Notes: generated from the letters alone by a model not told the origin. A stretch of 64,000 nt of DNA from Vicinamibacteria bacterium (GCA_963422395.1 OY729431.1:2624151-2688150), one strand, 5' to 3'. Shown: positions 7,828-17,837, counted from the stretch's first letter. Program-made: numbers and translations.

Positions 7828-9996
7828 CTACTGACCGTGCGGTCCCTCCGGAGGGGCGCCGATCGCTTTCAAGCGCTCCCGGAGCGCGGGCTGGTCCGGA
7901 TGGAGCTCCAAGGAGCGACCGAAAGCAGCCCGCGCCTCCTCGATCCGTCCGGTACGCGCGTAGGCGTCACCGAGGACATTCAGCAACGGAGGGTCGGCGG
8001 TGCGGAGCCCGGAAGCGCGCTCGAGGTGCTCCACGCTCGCGGCGAAATCCCCTTCGAAGAAGCGGACGAATCCCAGTCCGCTGACGACTTCGAAGACCTC
8101 GGAGAATTCCTCGGCCATGGGGTCGAGCAGCGCCGCCGCCTCGGCGATGCGCATCTTCTGCAAGTAGCCGTGAGCCAGCTTCCAGCGCGCCGCCGGCAAC
8201 TGCGGGTTTCCCGCGGCGACCGCGTTCTCGTATTCCCGGAGCGCTTCGTCGAAGCGCGACATCGCCGCGAACTGATCGCCGCGCACCAGGGGAAGCAGCC
8301 CGGGCGTCTCCGGGTTGAAACCGCGCCGGTACACGAAGCCGGCCCGGGGAACCCCCGCGCGCGGGGATACCTGGAGGCGGCGCTCCTTGCGATCGAGCAC
8401 CGCCCCGGAAGCGTCCTCGAGGCTCGCCCGCAGCCAGTAGTTGCCGCCCACGCCCAGATCGAGCGGCAGCCGGCCGAGCAGCGCGCCCGAAGCCGGCGCC
8501 GCGACCGAGACCTCGGCCAGCGGCTCGCCGTCCGGATCGCCGGAGGCATCCGCGAAAACCTGGAAGCGAACCTGCTGCCCCGCCGCCGGGTCGAGGATGT
8601 GGGTGAAGGCGTGGAGCGTCTCTCCGAGCGCGAAGAGCCCGTCGGCGGCCGGTTTGACGCGCACATGTCCCACCTGGAAGGTGCGGATGGCGTCGGCGAA
8701 CGGGGCCTCCTCCAGATCGGTGCTCTCGAACCCGACGATCACATCGGCGAGACGAGGTGTCCCTGGCGCCCCCCCGTCGGGGCTTGCGAACCGGGTGGTG
8801 TCGAGGCTCTCCTCGAGCACGGTGAACTGCTGGACGGCGCGGTTCCGGACGACGATGCTCAGCTCGTATCGGCCAGGAAGCAGCGGCACGCTGTCCTGGT
8901 AGGCGAAGGGCGAGCCGCGAACCTGATCCACCTGGGTGCGGGTGAGTTCGAGATAGGCCGGCCGGTCCACCGCCAGCACCGTCACATCGTTCTCGTCCAC
9001 CGCTTCCACCGAGATATCGAGGGTGGTGTAGAACTTCGTCTGGTCCTCATCGGTCTCGAGGGTGAAGTTCTGCGGATCGATCTCCACGCTGAAGTGGACG
9101 AAGGGGGTGCGGAAGGGACCGCCGGTGATGCCGAAGACGCCGCGGCTCGGCACGAAATTGAAGGAGTAGTCGGCGGATACCCGGTCCCGGTAGCGCAGCC
9201 AGGCGTCGGCGTAGTCGGTGCGGATCGCCCGCCGCGGGGAATCGGCGACGCGGGCGAGCAGCAGATCGCTCGACAGCGAGGCGCGTCCGGAGGTCCAGTC
9301 GCCGGGCTCCGAAGGGTCGAGCGAGAGCGAGGCGTTCGCCAGCTCGACATCGACGCGCTGCAAGACCTCGTAGGCCCGGACATTCCCCTCGGGGCCGCCG
9401 CCCTGGGTGTATTGGCCCCGCACCAGCGATTCCGGGCCGTCCACCACCGGGTGGTAGAGCCGGTACTCGCCCACATCGTGGCGCTTGAAGAAGAGGAGGT
9501 AGAAGAACGAAGGCAGTCCCCGCTGGACATCCCCCTGGTAGAACCAGAGCTCGCTCGACACGACCTCGTTGTAGCCGTCGAAGGCGTGCCGCTCGCGGGG
9601 CTCGCCGAGCAGGATGTAGTAGCGGCCGCGGTCGGTACGCCAGCCGTCGCGGAAGGTGTCCCGCCCGAGGTATTCGTTCGCGTACTCGATCCGTTCGTAG
9701 TGCTCGTCGCGGAACTCGTTCTCTGGAGTCGCCGGGTAGGGATCGCGCTTTTCCCAGAAGACTTCGATGAAGCGGATGCGCTCCTCGAGGGTCTCGAGGC
9801 TGAGGAACACCTCCTCCTCGCGATCGGTGATGATGTACACCACCTCCGCTTCGAGCCATCGGCGGTGGTCCTCGCGCAGCCGCTCGAGCTGCTCGTCCCG
9901 GCTGAGCTCTTCCTGGGCCGCGGCGGCTCCGGAGGGCCGGCAAACGGCGAGCAGGCCGATCGTCAGACCGGCCGTGAGGAAGACCGCGCGGTTCAT
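7828..9996 (-). CDS. Secreted GWxTD-domain protein with C-terminal TPR repeats
   Basis: Signal peptide MNRAVFLTAGLTIGLLAVC. FWEKRDPYPATPENEFRDEHYERIEYANEYLGRDTFRDGWRTDRGRYYILLGEP matches the GWxTD signature. TPR-like C-terminus. The ATG overlaps the stop of the upstream regulator (ATGA, 9993-9996). Confidence 0.8.
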   Translation of the reverse strand: MNRAVFLTAGLTIGLLAVCRPSGAAAAQEELSRDEQLERLREDHRRWLEAEVVYIITDREEEVFLSLETLEERIRFIEVFWEKRDPYPATPENEFRDEHYERIEYANEYLGRDTFRDGWRTDRGRYYILLGEPRERHAFDGYNEVVSSELWFYQGDVQRGLPSFFYLLFFKRHDVGEYRLYHPVVDGPESLVRGQYTQGGGPEGNVRAYEVLQRVDVELANASLSLDPSEPGDWTSGRASLSSDLLLARVADSPRRAIRTDYADAWLRYRDRVSADYSFNFVPSRGVFGITGGPFRTPFVHFSVEIDPQNFTLETDEDQTKFYTTLDISVEAVDENDVTVLAVDRPAYLELTRTQVDQVRGSPFAYQDSVPLLPGRYELSIVVRNRAVQQFTVLEESLDTTRFASPDGGAPGTPRLADVIVGFESTDLEEAPFADAIRTFQVGHVRVKPAADGLFALGETLHAFTHILDPAAGQQVRFQVFADASGDPDGEPLAEVSVAAPASGALLGRLPLDLGVGGNYWLRASLEDASGAVLDRKERRLQVSPRAGVPRAGFVYRRGFNPETPGLLPLVRGDQFAAMSRFDEALREYENAVAAGNPQLPAARWKLAHGYLQKMRIAEAAALLDPMAEEFSEVFEVVSGLGFVRFFEGDFAASVEHLERASGLRTADPPLLNVLGDAYARTGRIEEARAAFGRSLELHPDQPALRERLKAIGAPPEGPHGQ

Positions 9997-11429
9997 GGAA
10001 TCGGCACCTCGCGTTCGGGCGGTGCCAGCTCCCCGGAGCCCCGCCGGCGGTAACGGATCCCGTGGCGCTTCAGCATCTCGTTCAGCGTCGTGGGCTTGAG
10101 GCCCAGCACCTCGGCGGCACGCTTCTGGATCCCGTCCACCCGGTCGAGAGTCTCGATCAGTAGCTGGCGTTCCACCTCGGAAATGTACTCCCGGAAGGTA
10201 ACGCCCGCCTCGAGCGGCGCCGCCGGGGCGGCAAGCGTCCGGGAGGAGCGGATTCTCACCGCGTCGGGCAGCAGCGAGGCATCGATCCGAGGGCCGCCCG
10301 CCAGCACCACCGCGCGTTCCACGGCGTTTTCGAGCTGGCGCACATTCCCCGGCCAGCGGCAGTCGAGCAGCACCTGCATCGTCTCCGAGGAGAACGCGAG
10401 CTGCGGCTTTCCGTTCTCGCTGGCGTACTTCTTGAGGAAATGCCGGGCGAGCGGCGGGATGTCCTCGCGGCGGTCGCGAAGAGGCGGCAGGTGGATGCCG
10501 ATGACATCGAGCCGGAAATAGAGATCCTCGCGGAACCTGCCCTGGTCGGCCAGCTCCTTCAGATCGGTGTTCGTCGCGGCGATGACCCGGACATCCACTT
10601 TGATGGTCTCCACTCCGCCGAGGTTCATGAACTCCTTTTCCTGGATGACCCGGAGCAACTTCGCCTGGGTGTCCGCATGCACGGTGCCGATCTCGTCGAA
10701 AAAGATGCTGCCGCCGTCGGCGATCTCGAACAGACCCTTCTTCGGCGCCACCGCGCCGGTGAACGCGCCCTTGAGGTGGCCGAACAGGTTGCTCTCGAGG
10801 AGTTCCGGCGGGAGGCTGCCGGAGTGGACGGTGACGAAAGGCTGTTTCCGCCGCGGGCTGCGCCGATGGATGGCCTTGGCGACGAGTTCCTTCCCCGTTC
10901 CGCTCTCGCCAGTGATCAGCACATTGGCGCGCGCCCCCGCCACCTGCTCGATGAGGGCATAGACCTCCTGCATCTTCGCCGACTTGCCGACGAGTTCATC
11001 GAACTGTTCGCGGCGGACGAGTTCCTCGCGCAGGCTTCGGTTCTCGCGCGCGAGGCGGCGTTGCCGGATGCCGTTGCCGACCAGGTTCAGAACCTCGTCG
11101 TTCTTGAACGGCTTCGTCAGATAGTCGAAGGCCCCGCACTTGATCGCGGCCACCGCGGTCTCCACCGAGGCGAATGCGGTCAGCATCACCACGGTGATCT
11201 CCGGGTCGATTTCGCGGATCCGCTCCAGCACCTTCAGTCCGGAGATATCGGGAAGCATCACATCCACCACCGCGAGATCGATCGGCTCGCGGTCCACGAT
11301 GCGGATCCCCTGCTCCCCGGTCTCGGCGAGGCGGACCGAATAGCCCGCCTGCCGGAGCAGCACTTCGAGGATCTCGCGCATCACCTGCTCGTCGTCCACC
11401 ACCAGGACGGTCCCCCGCGCCCGACTCAT
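9993..11429 (-). CDS. Sigma-54-dependent response regulator (NtrC family)
   Basis: Receiver (LVVDDE..., DLAVVDVMLPDISG). AAA+ Walker A GESGTGKE. GAFTGA sigma54-contact motif. C-terminal Fis-type HTH (AAEVLGLKPTTLNEMLKRHGI). The ATG overlaps the kinase stop (ATGA 11426-11429). Confidence 0.93.
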   Translation of the reverse strand: MSRARGTVLVVDDEQVMREILEVLLRQAGYSVRLAETGEQGIRIVDREPIDLAVVDVMLPDISGLKVLERIREIDPEITVVMLTAFASVETAVAAIKCGAFDYLTKPFKNDEVLNLVGNGIRQRRLARENRSLREELVRREQFDELVGKSAKMQEVYALIEQVAGARANVLITGESGTGKELVAKAIHRRSPRRKQPFVTVHSGSLPPELLESNLFGHLKGAFTGAVAPKKGLFEIADGGSIFFDEIGTVHADTQAKLLRVIQEKEFMNLGGVETIKVDVRVIAATNTDLKELADQGRFREDLYFRLDVIGIHLPPLRDRREDIPPLARHFLKKYASENGKPQLAFSSETMQVLLDCRWPGNVRQLENAVERAVVLAGGPRIDASLLPDAVRIRSSRTLAAPAAPLEAGVTFREYISEVERQLLIETLDRVDGIQKRAAEVLGLKPTTLNEMLKRHGIRYRRRGSGELAPPEREVPIP

Positions 11430-14350
11430 CGCCCGGCCTCCAGTTGCTGCGCACGGCCCGCGTCGGACACCGCGGGCATGGGGTCGCCCCCCGGGCGATC
11501 TTCGGTCCTCTCGTCCGCCGGGAAGCGGATCAGGAACCGGGTTCCGCTGCGGAGTCCGCTCTCGACCTCCATGGTTCCGCCGTGTTCTTGCACGATGCCG
11601 TAGCTGATCGAGAGGCCCAGTCCGTTCCCGCCGCTCTTCTTCCGGGTAGAGAAGAACGGGTCGTAGATGCGGCGGATGTCCTCGGGAGCGATTCCCTCAC
11701 CGGTGTCGGCGACTTCGGCGATCACTTGTCCGCCTTCGCTCCTGGTGGTGATCGTGAGCCAGCCCCCGGCCGGCATGGCGTCGAAGGCGTTCACCGCGAG
11801 GTTCACGAACACCTGTTGCAACTTGTTCTCGTCGCCGCGCAGGAGCGGCAGCGCCGGGTCGAGATCTCGGCGGATGCGGGTGCGGGAGCTGCGCATCTGG
11901 TGGTCGAGCAGCGACAGCACCTCTCCCAGCACCCGATTCAGATCCACCCGCTGGAAATCGGTCTTCTTGTGGCGGGCGAAGTTCAGCAGGCCGTTCACGA
12001 TCCGGGAGGCCCGCTCGGTCTGCTTCTCGATCTTGTTGAGCAGCGGACGGCGCGGATCGCGCCGATCCGTCTGGTCCTGGAGCATCTGCGTGAAGCTGGA
12101 GATGCCGGCGAGCGGAGTGTTCACTTCGTGGGCGACTCCTGCGGCGAGCACCCCGAGCGAACTCATCTTCTCCCGAAGCTGCATTTCATTCTCCATCCCG
12201 ACGCGCTCGGTGATGTCCTCGAAGATGAGGAGCGCGCCGTGATGCTGGCCGGCGCCGGAGACGAAGGGAGAGGCCTTCACATTCACGACCCGCTCCGACC
12301 CGTCGGCGGCGCGCAGGTGGAATCGGGAGATACCGCCGCCCTCGCCCCTCGCGAGCCAGCCTTCACCGAGTCCGGCATCGAGTGCCCGCAGGAGCGGCGC
12401 CGAGAAAACCGCAGCATACGAGGAATGGGAGACCTCGTGCCGGCTCCGCCCACAGATCCGCTCCATCGAGCGGTTCCAGCGCACCACTCGGCCCTGCAGG
12501 TCGAGGACCGCGACCCCCGCGGCGAGCGACTCGATGGTGTCGTCGCTCTGTTCGCGGAGCGCGACCACCTCCTCGTGCTTCGCCTGGAGCGAGCTGTAGA
12601 GGCGGGCGTTCACGAGCGCGGTGGCCGCCTGCGCGGCCACCGTGCGCATGAGGTCGAGGTCTTCCGAGGAGAGATTCTCGCCGTCCGCGCTGGCACCGAG
12701 CAAAAACACTCCCACCACTTCGCCGCGGGCGAAGCAGGGCACCGCGTTCACCACCCACACCCCTTCCCGCACTGCCGGCGGCATCAGCGCGGTACGAACG
12801 ACCGCTCCGGCGCCGAGACGCTTTCTCACCGAGGCGGAAGCGGAGAACCGTTCCGCGACCGCCGCCTCCCGGTCGTCGAGCCCGTGGGCAGCGACGATCT
12901 GCAGCGCGGATTCGCCGGGAGAGCGGCCGGTGGTCAGGAGCGCCGTTCGCTGGATCCGGAAGGTCTCGGCAATCCGTTCCACGAGCCGGTTGGCGAGCGG
13001 GACGAGGTCGAGCTGCGAGTTCATCTCTCCGGCGAGGCGGGCGAGCGCACGCCGGAAGTCGTAGTGCTCCCGGTAGAAGAGCCGGTCCAGGAACCGCTCG
13101 GTTCGGGCCCGGAACGCCGGCACCACGAGCGCCGCGATGATCGCGGAGAGCACCGCGATGATGAGCGAGTGCTCGTCGCCGCCCAACCACGAAGTGCCGA
13201 GCAGGAAGGCGGTGAGGTAGATCGCGGCGATGCCGAGCATCAGCGAGGCGACCAGGATGCCGCGCTTGAACAGGATCTCGACATCCATCAGTCGGTACTT
13301 GACGATCGCGTAGGCGAACGACAGTGGTACGAGCGCCATCGGTACCAGCGAGAGCTCCATCTCCGGGCTGGTGGGAAGGCCGCCGAAGTAGGGAACTGCG
13401 TAGATCAGCGCGAAGGGAAGCATCCCTGCACCCGTCCCCCAGACGATCCATTTGAGCTGCTTCGAGACGGTGACGCTCTCGGCTCTCCGGTAGGCGTCCC
13501 CGAAGGCCCCGAACGCCGCGAGGGAATAGACCGCCCAGAGCACCGGTTCGACGCGGTCGAGAACGATTTCGCTGCCGGTGATGGTTGCGGGCCCCGGACT
13601 CAGCGGCGAGAAATAGAGTAGGCGGGACCCGATCGAGAGCCCGAAGAGGGCGAACGACGGCGCGTAGATCCAGCGCAGCATCCGGGGCCATCGTGCGAGG
13701 AACCGGGTGGGGTTCGGGAAAGTGAGGGCGAAGTGGAGGAAAACCGGCGGGAAGAACAGGACGCCGATGCGGTCGAGCCAGAAATACAGGTGGTCGAAGA
13801 GATCGAGCTCGCCGGTGAACGAAAACGAGAACGCGAGCAGCCAGAGCAGACAAAGTCCGTAGAAGTGGGCGGCGGACGACGCACCCCGCCGGAACGCGTA
13901 TACGAAGGTGCCGACCCCGCCGGAAAAGATGCCCACCGCCGCGAGAAACAGGTAGAGCGAGACATTGCCGCCGGGGAGGGGAGCGACCGACAGCGTCATC
14001 CCGCGGCGCTCTCCCTCGCGGACGAGCACATAGCGGAGCTGCGAGCCTGGAGCCGCCGCATCGAGAACCCGGCGCACTTCGGAGGCGGTATCCACTGCGA
14101 CCACCGAGCCGGTCCGCCGGTCGGTGATCGCCGAGAGCGCGTCTCCCGCTTCGATTCCGGCTTGGTCGCCGGCGCCGCCCGCTTCCACCCGCAGCGCGAC
14201 TACCCGGCCGAGCTCGTCGCCCCAGAGGACGCCGTCGTCCATGACCCCGGACGACGCCTGCCGGGCGATGTTGGACGCCGCCAGCACCAGTAGCAGGGAG
14301 GTCGCTGCCACCGCGAGGGTGGACCGGGTGGCGCCGCGTCGGATGAGCAT
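11426..14350 (-). CDS. Sensor histidine kinase: PDZ-like periplasmic domain, multi-TM block, GAF, PAS, HisKA, HATPase
   Basis: N-terminal TM. VALRVEAGGAGDQAGIEAGDALSAI (PDZ-like). About 8 hydrophobic helices. H-box HEVNTPLAGISSF, N-box VNLAVNAFDAM, G-boxes DTGEGI and GGNGLGLS. Confidence 0.9.
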   Translation of the reverse strand: MLIRRGATRSTLAVAATSLLLVLAASNIARQASSGVMDDGVLWGDELGRVVALRVEAGGAGDQAGIEAGDALSAITDRRTGSVVAVDTASEVRRVLDAAAPGSQLRYVLVREGERRGMTLSVAPLPGGNVSLYLFLAAVGIFSGGVGTFVYAFRRGASSAAHFYGLCLLWLLAFSFSFTGELDLFDHLYFWLDRIGVLFFPPVFLHFALTFPNPTRFLARWPRMLRWIYAPSFALFGLSIGSRLLYFSPLSPGPATITGSEIVLDRVEPVLWAVYSLAAFGAFGDAYRRAESVTVSKQLKWIVWGTGAGMLPFALIYAVPYFGGLPTSPEMELSLVPMALVPLSFAYAIVKYRLMDVEILFKRGILVASLMLGIAAIYLTAFLLGTSWLGGDEHSLIIAVLSAIIAALVVPAFRARTERFLDRLFYREHYDFRRALARLAGEMNSQLDLVPLANRLVERIAETFRIQRTALLTTGRSPGESALQIVAAHGLDDREAAVAERFSASASVRKRLGAGAVVRTALMPPAVREGVWVVNAVPCFARGEVVGVFLLGASADGENLSSEDLDLMRTVAAQAATALVNARLYSSLQAKHEEVVALREQSDDTIESLAAGVAVLDLQGRVVRWNRSMERICGRSRHEVSHSSYAAVFSAPLLRALDAGLGEGWLARGEGGGISRFHLRAADGSERVVNVKASPFVSGAGQHHGALLIFEDITERVGMENEMQLREKMSSLGVLAAGVAHEVNTPLAGISSFTQMLQDQTDRRDPRRPLLNKIEKQTERASRIVNGLLNFARHKKTDFQRVDLNRVLGEVLSLLDHQMRSSRTRIRRDLDPALPLLRGDENKLQQVFVNLAVNAFDAMPAGGWLTITTRSEGGQVIAEVADTGEGIAPEDIRRIYDPFFSTRKKSGGNGLGLSISYGIVQEHGGTMEVESGLRSGTRFLIRFPADERTEDRPGGDPMPAVSDAGRAQQLEAGR

Positions 14351-14360
14351 CTCGAGGTTC

Positions 14361-14413
14361 GCATTTTATCCAATGCGACGGATGACCACCTGATACATCC
14401 AACACATTGGATG
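14361..14413 (-). promoter_or_regulatory. Operator-like inverted repeats (ATCCAAT half-sites) upstream of the kinase gene
   Basis: Plus strand has CATCCAA-CACA-TTGGATG (14396-14413) and GCATT-TTATCC-AATGC (14361-14376). The region is locally AT-richer, in the 101-nt gap between 14452..16410 and the kinase start. Confidence 0.35.
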
Positions 14414-14451
14414 CCGAGGAAGCCCCCCGAGCCGCCCGCCCGGGGCGACGG

Positions 14452-16410
14452 TCAGAAACGGACGGCGAGCCCGCCGACGATGCGCCGGGGCGCGTGCGCC
14501 ACCGCGATCTCGTCGAGGAGGGATCGTCCGATCATGTCCCGGAAGAACAGGTCGCGCACCGCGAGCGACAGCTCCCATTCGGTGCCGCTCCAGTCCGCGA
14601 AGGGGATCCCCTGAACCAGCTCCGCGTCGAAGCGGACCGTCCGCTCGCTGCCCTCCCATTCCCTGCTGCCCCCGGTGCCGACAGCGCGCGCGGGCGCGAG
14701 GCCGGGATGGCGGATGAGACGGTAGGCGGCGTGGAACCGCGTTCCCGACGGGCGCAGTCGGGCTACCAGAGCCACGGACAGATCGTGGATGGCGGCAGGA
14801 GCTCCGGCGGGCACGAAGAAGGCGGCGGGCGCTCCTTCCATGCGCCCCGGCTCGCCCGCGTCCGGGACGGAGAGCCCGAAAGCGGAGGGGGACGGGTTCT
14901 CCACCCGGGCGAGCAGCCAAGACACGCGGCCGCCGAGATCGAGGCGGCGGGTCACCGGTTCCAGATCCCGCCGATAGCCCACCGCGAACCCCCGGATGCG
15001 GTAATCCCCGGCGTTCGAAACCTCGAACCGCCCTCCGGCGATCGGCCCCGATTCGAAGGAGCGGAGCAGTTGGTCGGTGGTGACCTCGTGGAAGACCCGC
15101 ACCGCGAGTGCCGCGCTCGGGGACGCCTGGTACTCCAGGCCGGCCTGGTAGCGGGTGCTGCGCTGAGCCGCCTCGGAGTGGAACCAGGAGGGATCGAGCG
15201 AAAGCAGGTCGCCGTGAGCGACTCGGGAGAGCAGGGCGGCGTCCTCGCCGATCGGGCCGTCCACCCGGACTGCCATCCCGCCGACCAGCGTCCAGTCCTC
15301 GTGGGCCTCGACTTCGAGGACTGCTCGCGGCGCCAGGCCGCGGTGGCCGCTGAGGTAAGAGAAGCGGCGGTAGGTCAGCCCGGTGCTGAGGCTCGCGGGG
15401 CCGAGGGAGAAATCGTCGGAGACGAAGGCTGCTCCGTCCCAGGCCGCCTGGGGTTCGTGGAGCAGCTCGGCGTTCAGGATCGGCGCGGCGGGAGGCCGGT
15501 AGCCGGTCGCGCCGCCGTAGAGATGGCGCTGGTAGCCCATCCCGGCAGAGAACTGATGGCCGTCGAACTCCTCCATGGCATACGAGAGGTTCGCCGCCCA
15601 CGAGGCGAGCGCCGACTCCAGGAGCCGCGCCTCGGCCTCCCAGCGTCCGCGCGCAGTGGAGGGGAGCTCGAAACGAGTGTACGCGATCCCCGAGTCCACT
15701 CCCCGGCTCTCGGAGAGGCCGAGTGAACTCCCGGACGCCGCGAAGAAGCCGATCTCACCTTCGATCGAAGCGAGCCTCGGGAGGCGCGGCCGGTCCTTCC
15801 ACTCGCCCCCCCAGGGTTCCTCGATATCCACGACCGCGCGGCGGTCCTTCAGAACATTCCGCCGGCCCCGCTGCAGCAGCCAGCGCAACTCGGAAAGGGT
15901 GCCGGAACCCCGCTCGCTCGAGATCGCCGCCATCTGCAGGAGCAGGGTGTCCGCGATCGAGGCGCCGCTTTCGACGAGGACCTGGGCCCGCGGGGAGGGG
16001 AGGAAGCCGGCGAGATAGGCGCGCAGGCTGTAGAGGCCCGGGGAGGCCTCGCCGACTTCGAAGCGGCCTTCCTCGTCGGTGACCGCGAATTGGGCTTCGT
16101 CCTCCTGATCGGCGGCGAAGACCGAAACCAGCGCCCCGGGGAGCGGGTGTCCGTCCTGGGTGGCGACGACCCCCGCGATCTGCGCGAGGATCACCACGCC
16201 GGCGCCGCCGCCCGGAACCGGATTGGCCTCGGGAAGCGAGGCGGCGGGGGACGAAACGGACGGTGCAACCGGCGGATTCGGCGCCCCGACGGCCGGCGCC
16301 CCGACCAGAGAGACGATCAGACCGAGGACCGGAGCTGCTAGCAGGGGCGCCGCCCCGGAAGAACGGATCGCCCGCAACCGAAGATTCCCGCCGAGACCCC
16401 AGACCGACAT
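14452..16410 (-). CDS. Secreted CarboxypepD_reg-domain protein, probable outer-membrane beta-barrel
   Basis: Signal-like N-terminus. GVVATQDGHPLPGALVSVFAA...EEGRFEVGEASPGLYSLRAYLAGF (CarboxypepD_reg). Alternating beta-rich body. C-terminal ...GGLAVRF. Confidence 0.7.
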   Translation of the reverse strand: MSVWGLGGNLRLRAIRSSGAAPLLAAPVLGLIVSLVGAPAVGAPNPPVAPSVSSPAASLPEANPVPGGGAGVVILAQIAGVVATQDGHPLPGALVSVFAADQEDEAQFAVTDEEGRFEVGEASPGLYSLRAYLAGFLPSPRAQVLVESGASIADTLLLQMAAISSERGSGTLSELRWLLQRGRRNVLKDRRAVVDIEEPWGGEWKDRPRLPRLASIEGEIGFFAASGSSLGLSESRGVDSGIAYTRFELPSTARGRWEAEARLLESALASWAANLSYAMEEFDGHQFSAGMGYQRHLYGGATGYRPPAAPILNAELLHEPQAAWDGAAFVSDDFSLGPASLSTGLTYRRFSYLSGHRGLAPRAVLEVEAHEDWTLVGGMAVRVDGPIGEDAALLSRVAHGDLLSLDPSWFHSEAAQRSTRYQAGLEYQASPSAALAVRVFHEVTTDQLLRSFESGPIAGGRFEVSNAGDYRIRGFAVGYRRDLEPVTRRLDLGGRVSWLLARVENPSPSAFGLSVPDAGEPGRMEGAPAAFFVPAGAPAAIHDLSVALVARLRPSGTRFHAAYRLIRHPGLAPARAVGTGGSREWEGSERTVRFDAELVQGIPFADWSGTEWELSLAVRDLFFRDMIGRSLLDEIAVAHAPRRIVGGLAVRF

Positions 16411-16547
16411 ACCCCGGTAGTCAATCGCGCCCCCGCCCCGGAGTCAAACGCCACGCCGAATCCGGATGGATCCTCACCGAATCGGCGCCGGCTTTCCGAG
16501 GACCGGGCGGGGGCCCTAGAATTCGACGATCACGAAGGTGCGGAGCT

Positions 16548-17837
16548 ATGGAATCCACGATCGATCGGGTGGTCGGGCGCGAGATCCTGGATTCGCGGGG
16601 ACGGCCGACGGTCGAAGCCGAAGTCTGGCTGGACGGCGGGGCCTCGGGGCGCGCCGCCGCCCCGTCCGGGGCCTCCACCGGACGGCACGAGGCAGTCGCG
16701 CGCTCGGACGGGGACCCCGGACGGTACCGCGGGCGGGGAGTGCTTTCGGCGGTCGAGGCCATCGAGATGCGAATCGGCCCCGAACTCTTCGGCGAGGACG
16801 CGAGCGATCAGTCCACCGTGGACGAGCTCATGATCGAGCTCGACGGAACGGCCGACCGTTCCGGGCTCGGCGCGAATGCGATCCTCGCCGTCTCGCTCGC
16901 GAACGCCCGGGCGGCGGCCGCCGCCGCCGGGCTGCCGCTCTATCGCGCTCTCGGCGGCGCCATCGCCGAGACCCTGCCGGTTCCCTTCCTCAATGTGCTG
17001 AACGGAGGCGCGCACGCCGACAACGCACTCCTCGTCCAGGAGTTCCTGGTCGCGCCACTCGGCTTCCCCAGCTTCTCGGAAGCGCTGCGGGCGGGCGCCG
17101 AGGTGTACGAAGCGCTGCGCGAGATCCTGGCCCGGCGGGGCCACATCACCGCCGTAGGCGACGAAGGCGGCTTCGCCCCGAAACTCGATGAGGCGGAGAC
17201 GGCCCTCGAACTGCTCCTCGAAGCCATCGGGAGCGCCGGACTGCGGCCCGGCGAGGACATGGGGATCGCCCTCGATGTGGCGGCGAGCGAATTCTGGAGC
17301 GAGGACGGCTATCGTTTTCCGTCCGGAGCCGGTCCGCGCCCCGCGGAGGCGATGATCGAGATCTATTGCGGCTGGGTGGAGCGATTCCCCGCGCTCTTCT
17401 CCATCGAAGACGGACTCGCCGAGGACGATTGGGCCGGCTGGACCGCGCTCACCGAGGCTCTGGGGCAGCGGGTGCAGATCGTCGGCGACGATCTCTTCGT
17501 GACCCGGGAAGACCGGCTCGGACGGGGCATCGGGGAGGGCGCCGCGAACGCCGTCCTCATCAAACCGAACCAGGTCGGCACCCTCAGCGAAACGATCCGC
17601 GTCGTCCAGCGCGCCCGGCGGGCGGGATTCGGGGTGATGCTCAGCCACCGCTCCGGCGAGACCTCGGACACCGCGATCTCCCATCTCGCGGTCGCCACCA
17701 ACGCCGGGCAGATCAAGGCGGGGGCGCCCTGCCGCGGGGAGCGGGTCGCCAAGTACAACGAGCTCCTGCGGATCGAAGAGGACCTCGGAGCCCGGGCGCG
17801 CCTCGCCCCGAACCCTCGCCTCGCCGGTCTGGGGTGA
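16548..17837 (+). CDS. eno: Enolase
   Basis: ATG 16548 after GGAG. MESTIDRVVGREILDSRGRPTVEAEV..., DDLFVT, SHRSGETSDT. The listed ORF 16263.. has a non-homologous N-extension. Confidence 0.95.
   Translation: MESTIDRVVGREILDSRGRPTVEAEVWLDGGASGRAAAPSGASTGRHEAVARSDGDPGRYRGRGVLSAVEAIEMRIGPELFGEDASDQSTVDELMIELDGTADRSGLGANAILAVSLANARAAAAAAGLPLYRALGGAIAETLPVPFLNVLNGGAHADNALLVQEFLVAPLGFPSFSEALRAGAEVYEALREILARRGHITAVGDEGGFAPKLDEAETALELLLEAIGSAGLRPGEDMGIALDVAASEFWSEDGYRFPSGAGPRPAEAMIEIYCGWVERFPALFSIEDGLAEDDWAGWTALTEALGQRVQIVGDDLFVTREDRLGRGIGEGAANAVLIKPNQVGTLSETIRVVQRARRAGFGVMLSHRSGETSDTAISHLAVATNAGQIKAGAPCRGERVAKYNELLRIEEDLGARARLAPNPRLAGLG

Noticed and set aside
7702-10053. Long antisense ORFs opposite real genes (e.g. 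7702..10053, 11444..13621, 1202..2548, 24051..25994, 60638..62548, 55754..57133)
   Set aside because: These are typical shadow ORFs of GC-rich DNA. The opposite strand carries genes with clear conserved motifs, and these translations are Arg/Gly/Pro/Asp-rich without motifs.
14373-14389. Sigma-54 -24/-12 promoter (minus strand TGGTCATCCGTCGCA) upstream of the kinase
   Set aside because: The GG-to-GC spacing is one nt short of the consensus TGGCAC-N5-TTGC, and the flanking consensus bases are missing.
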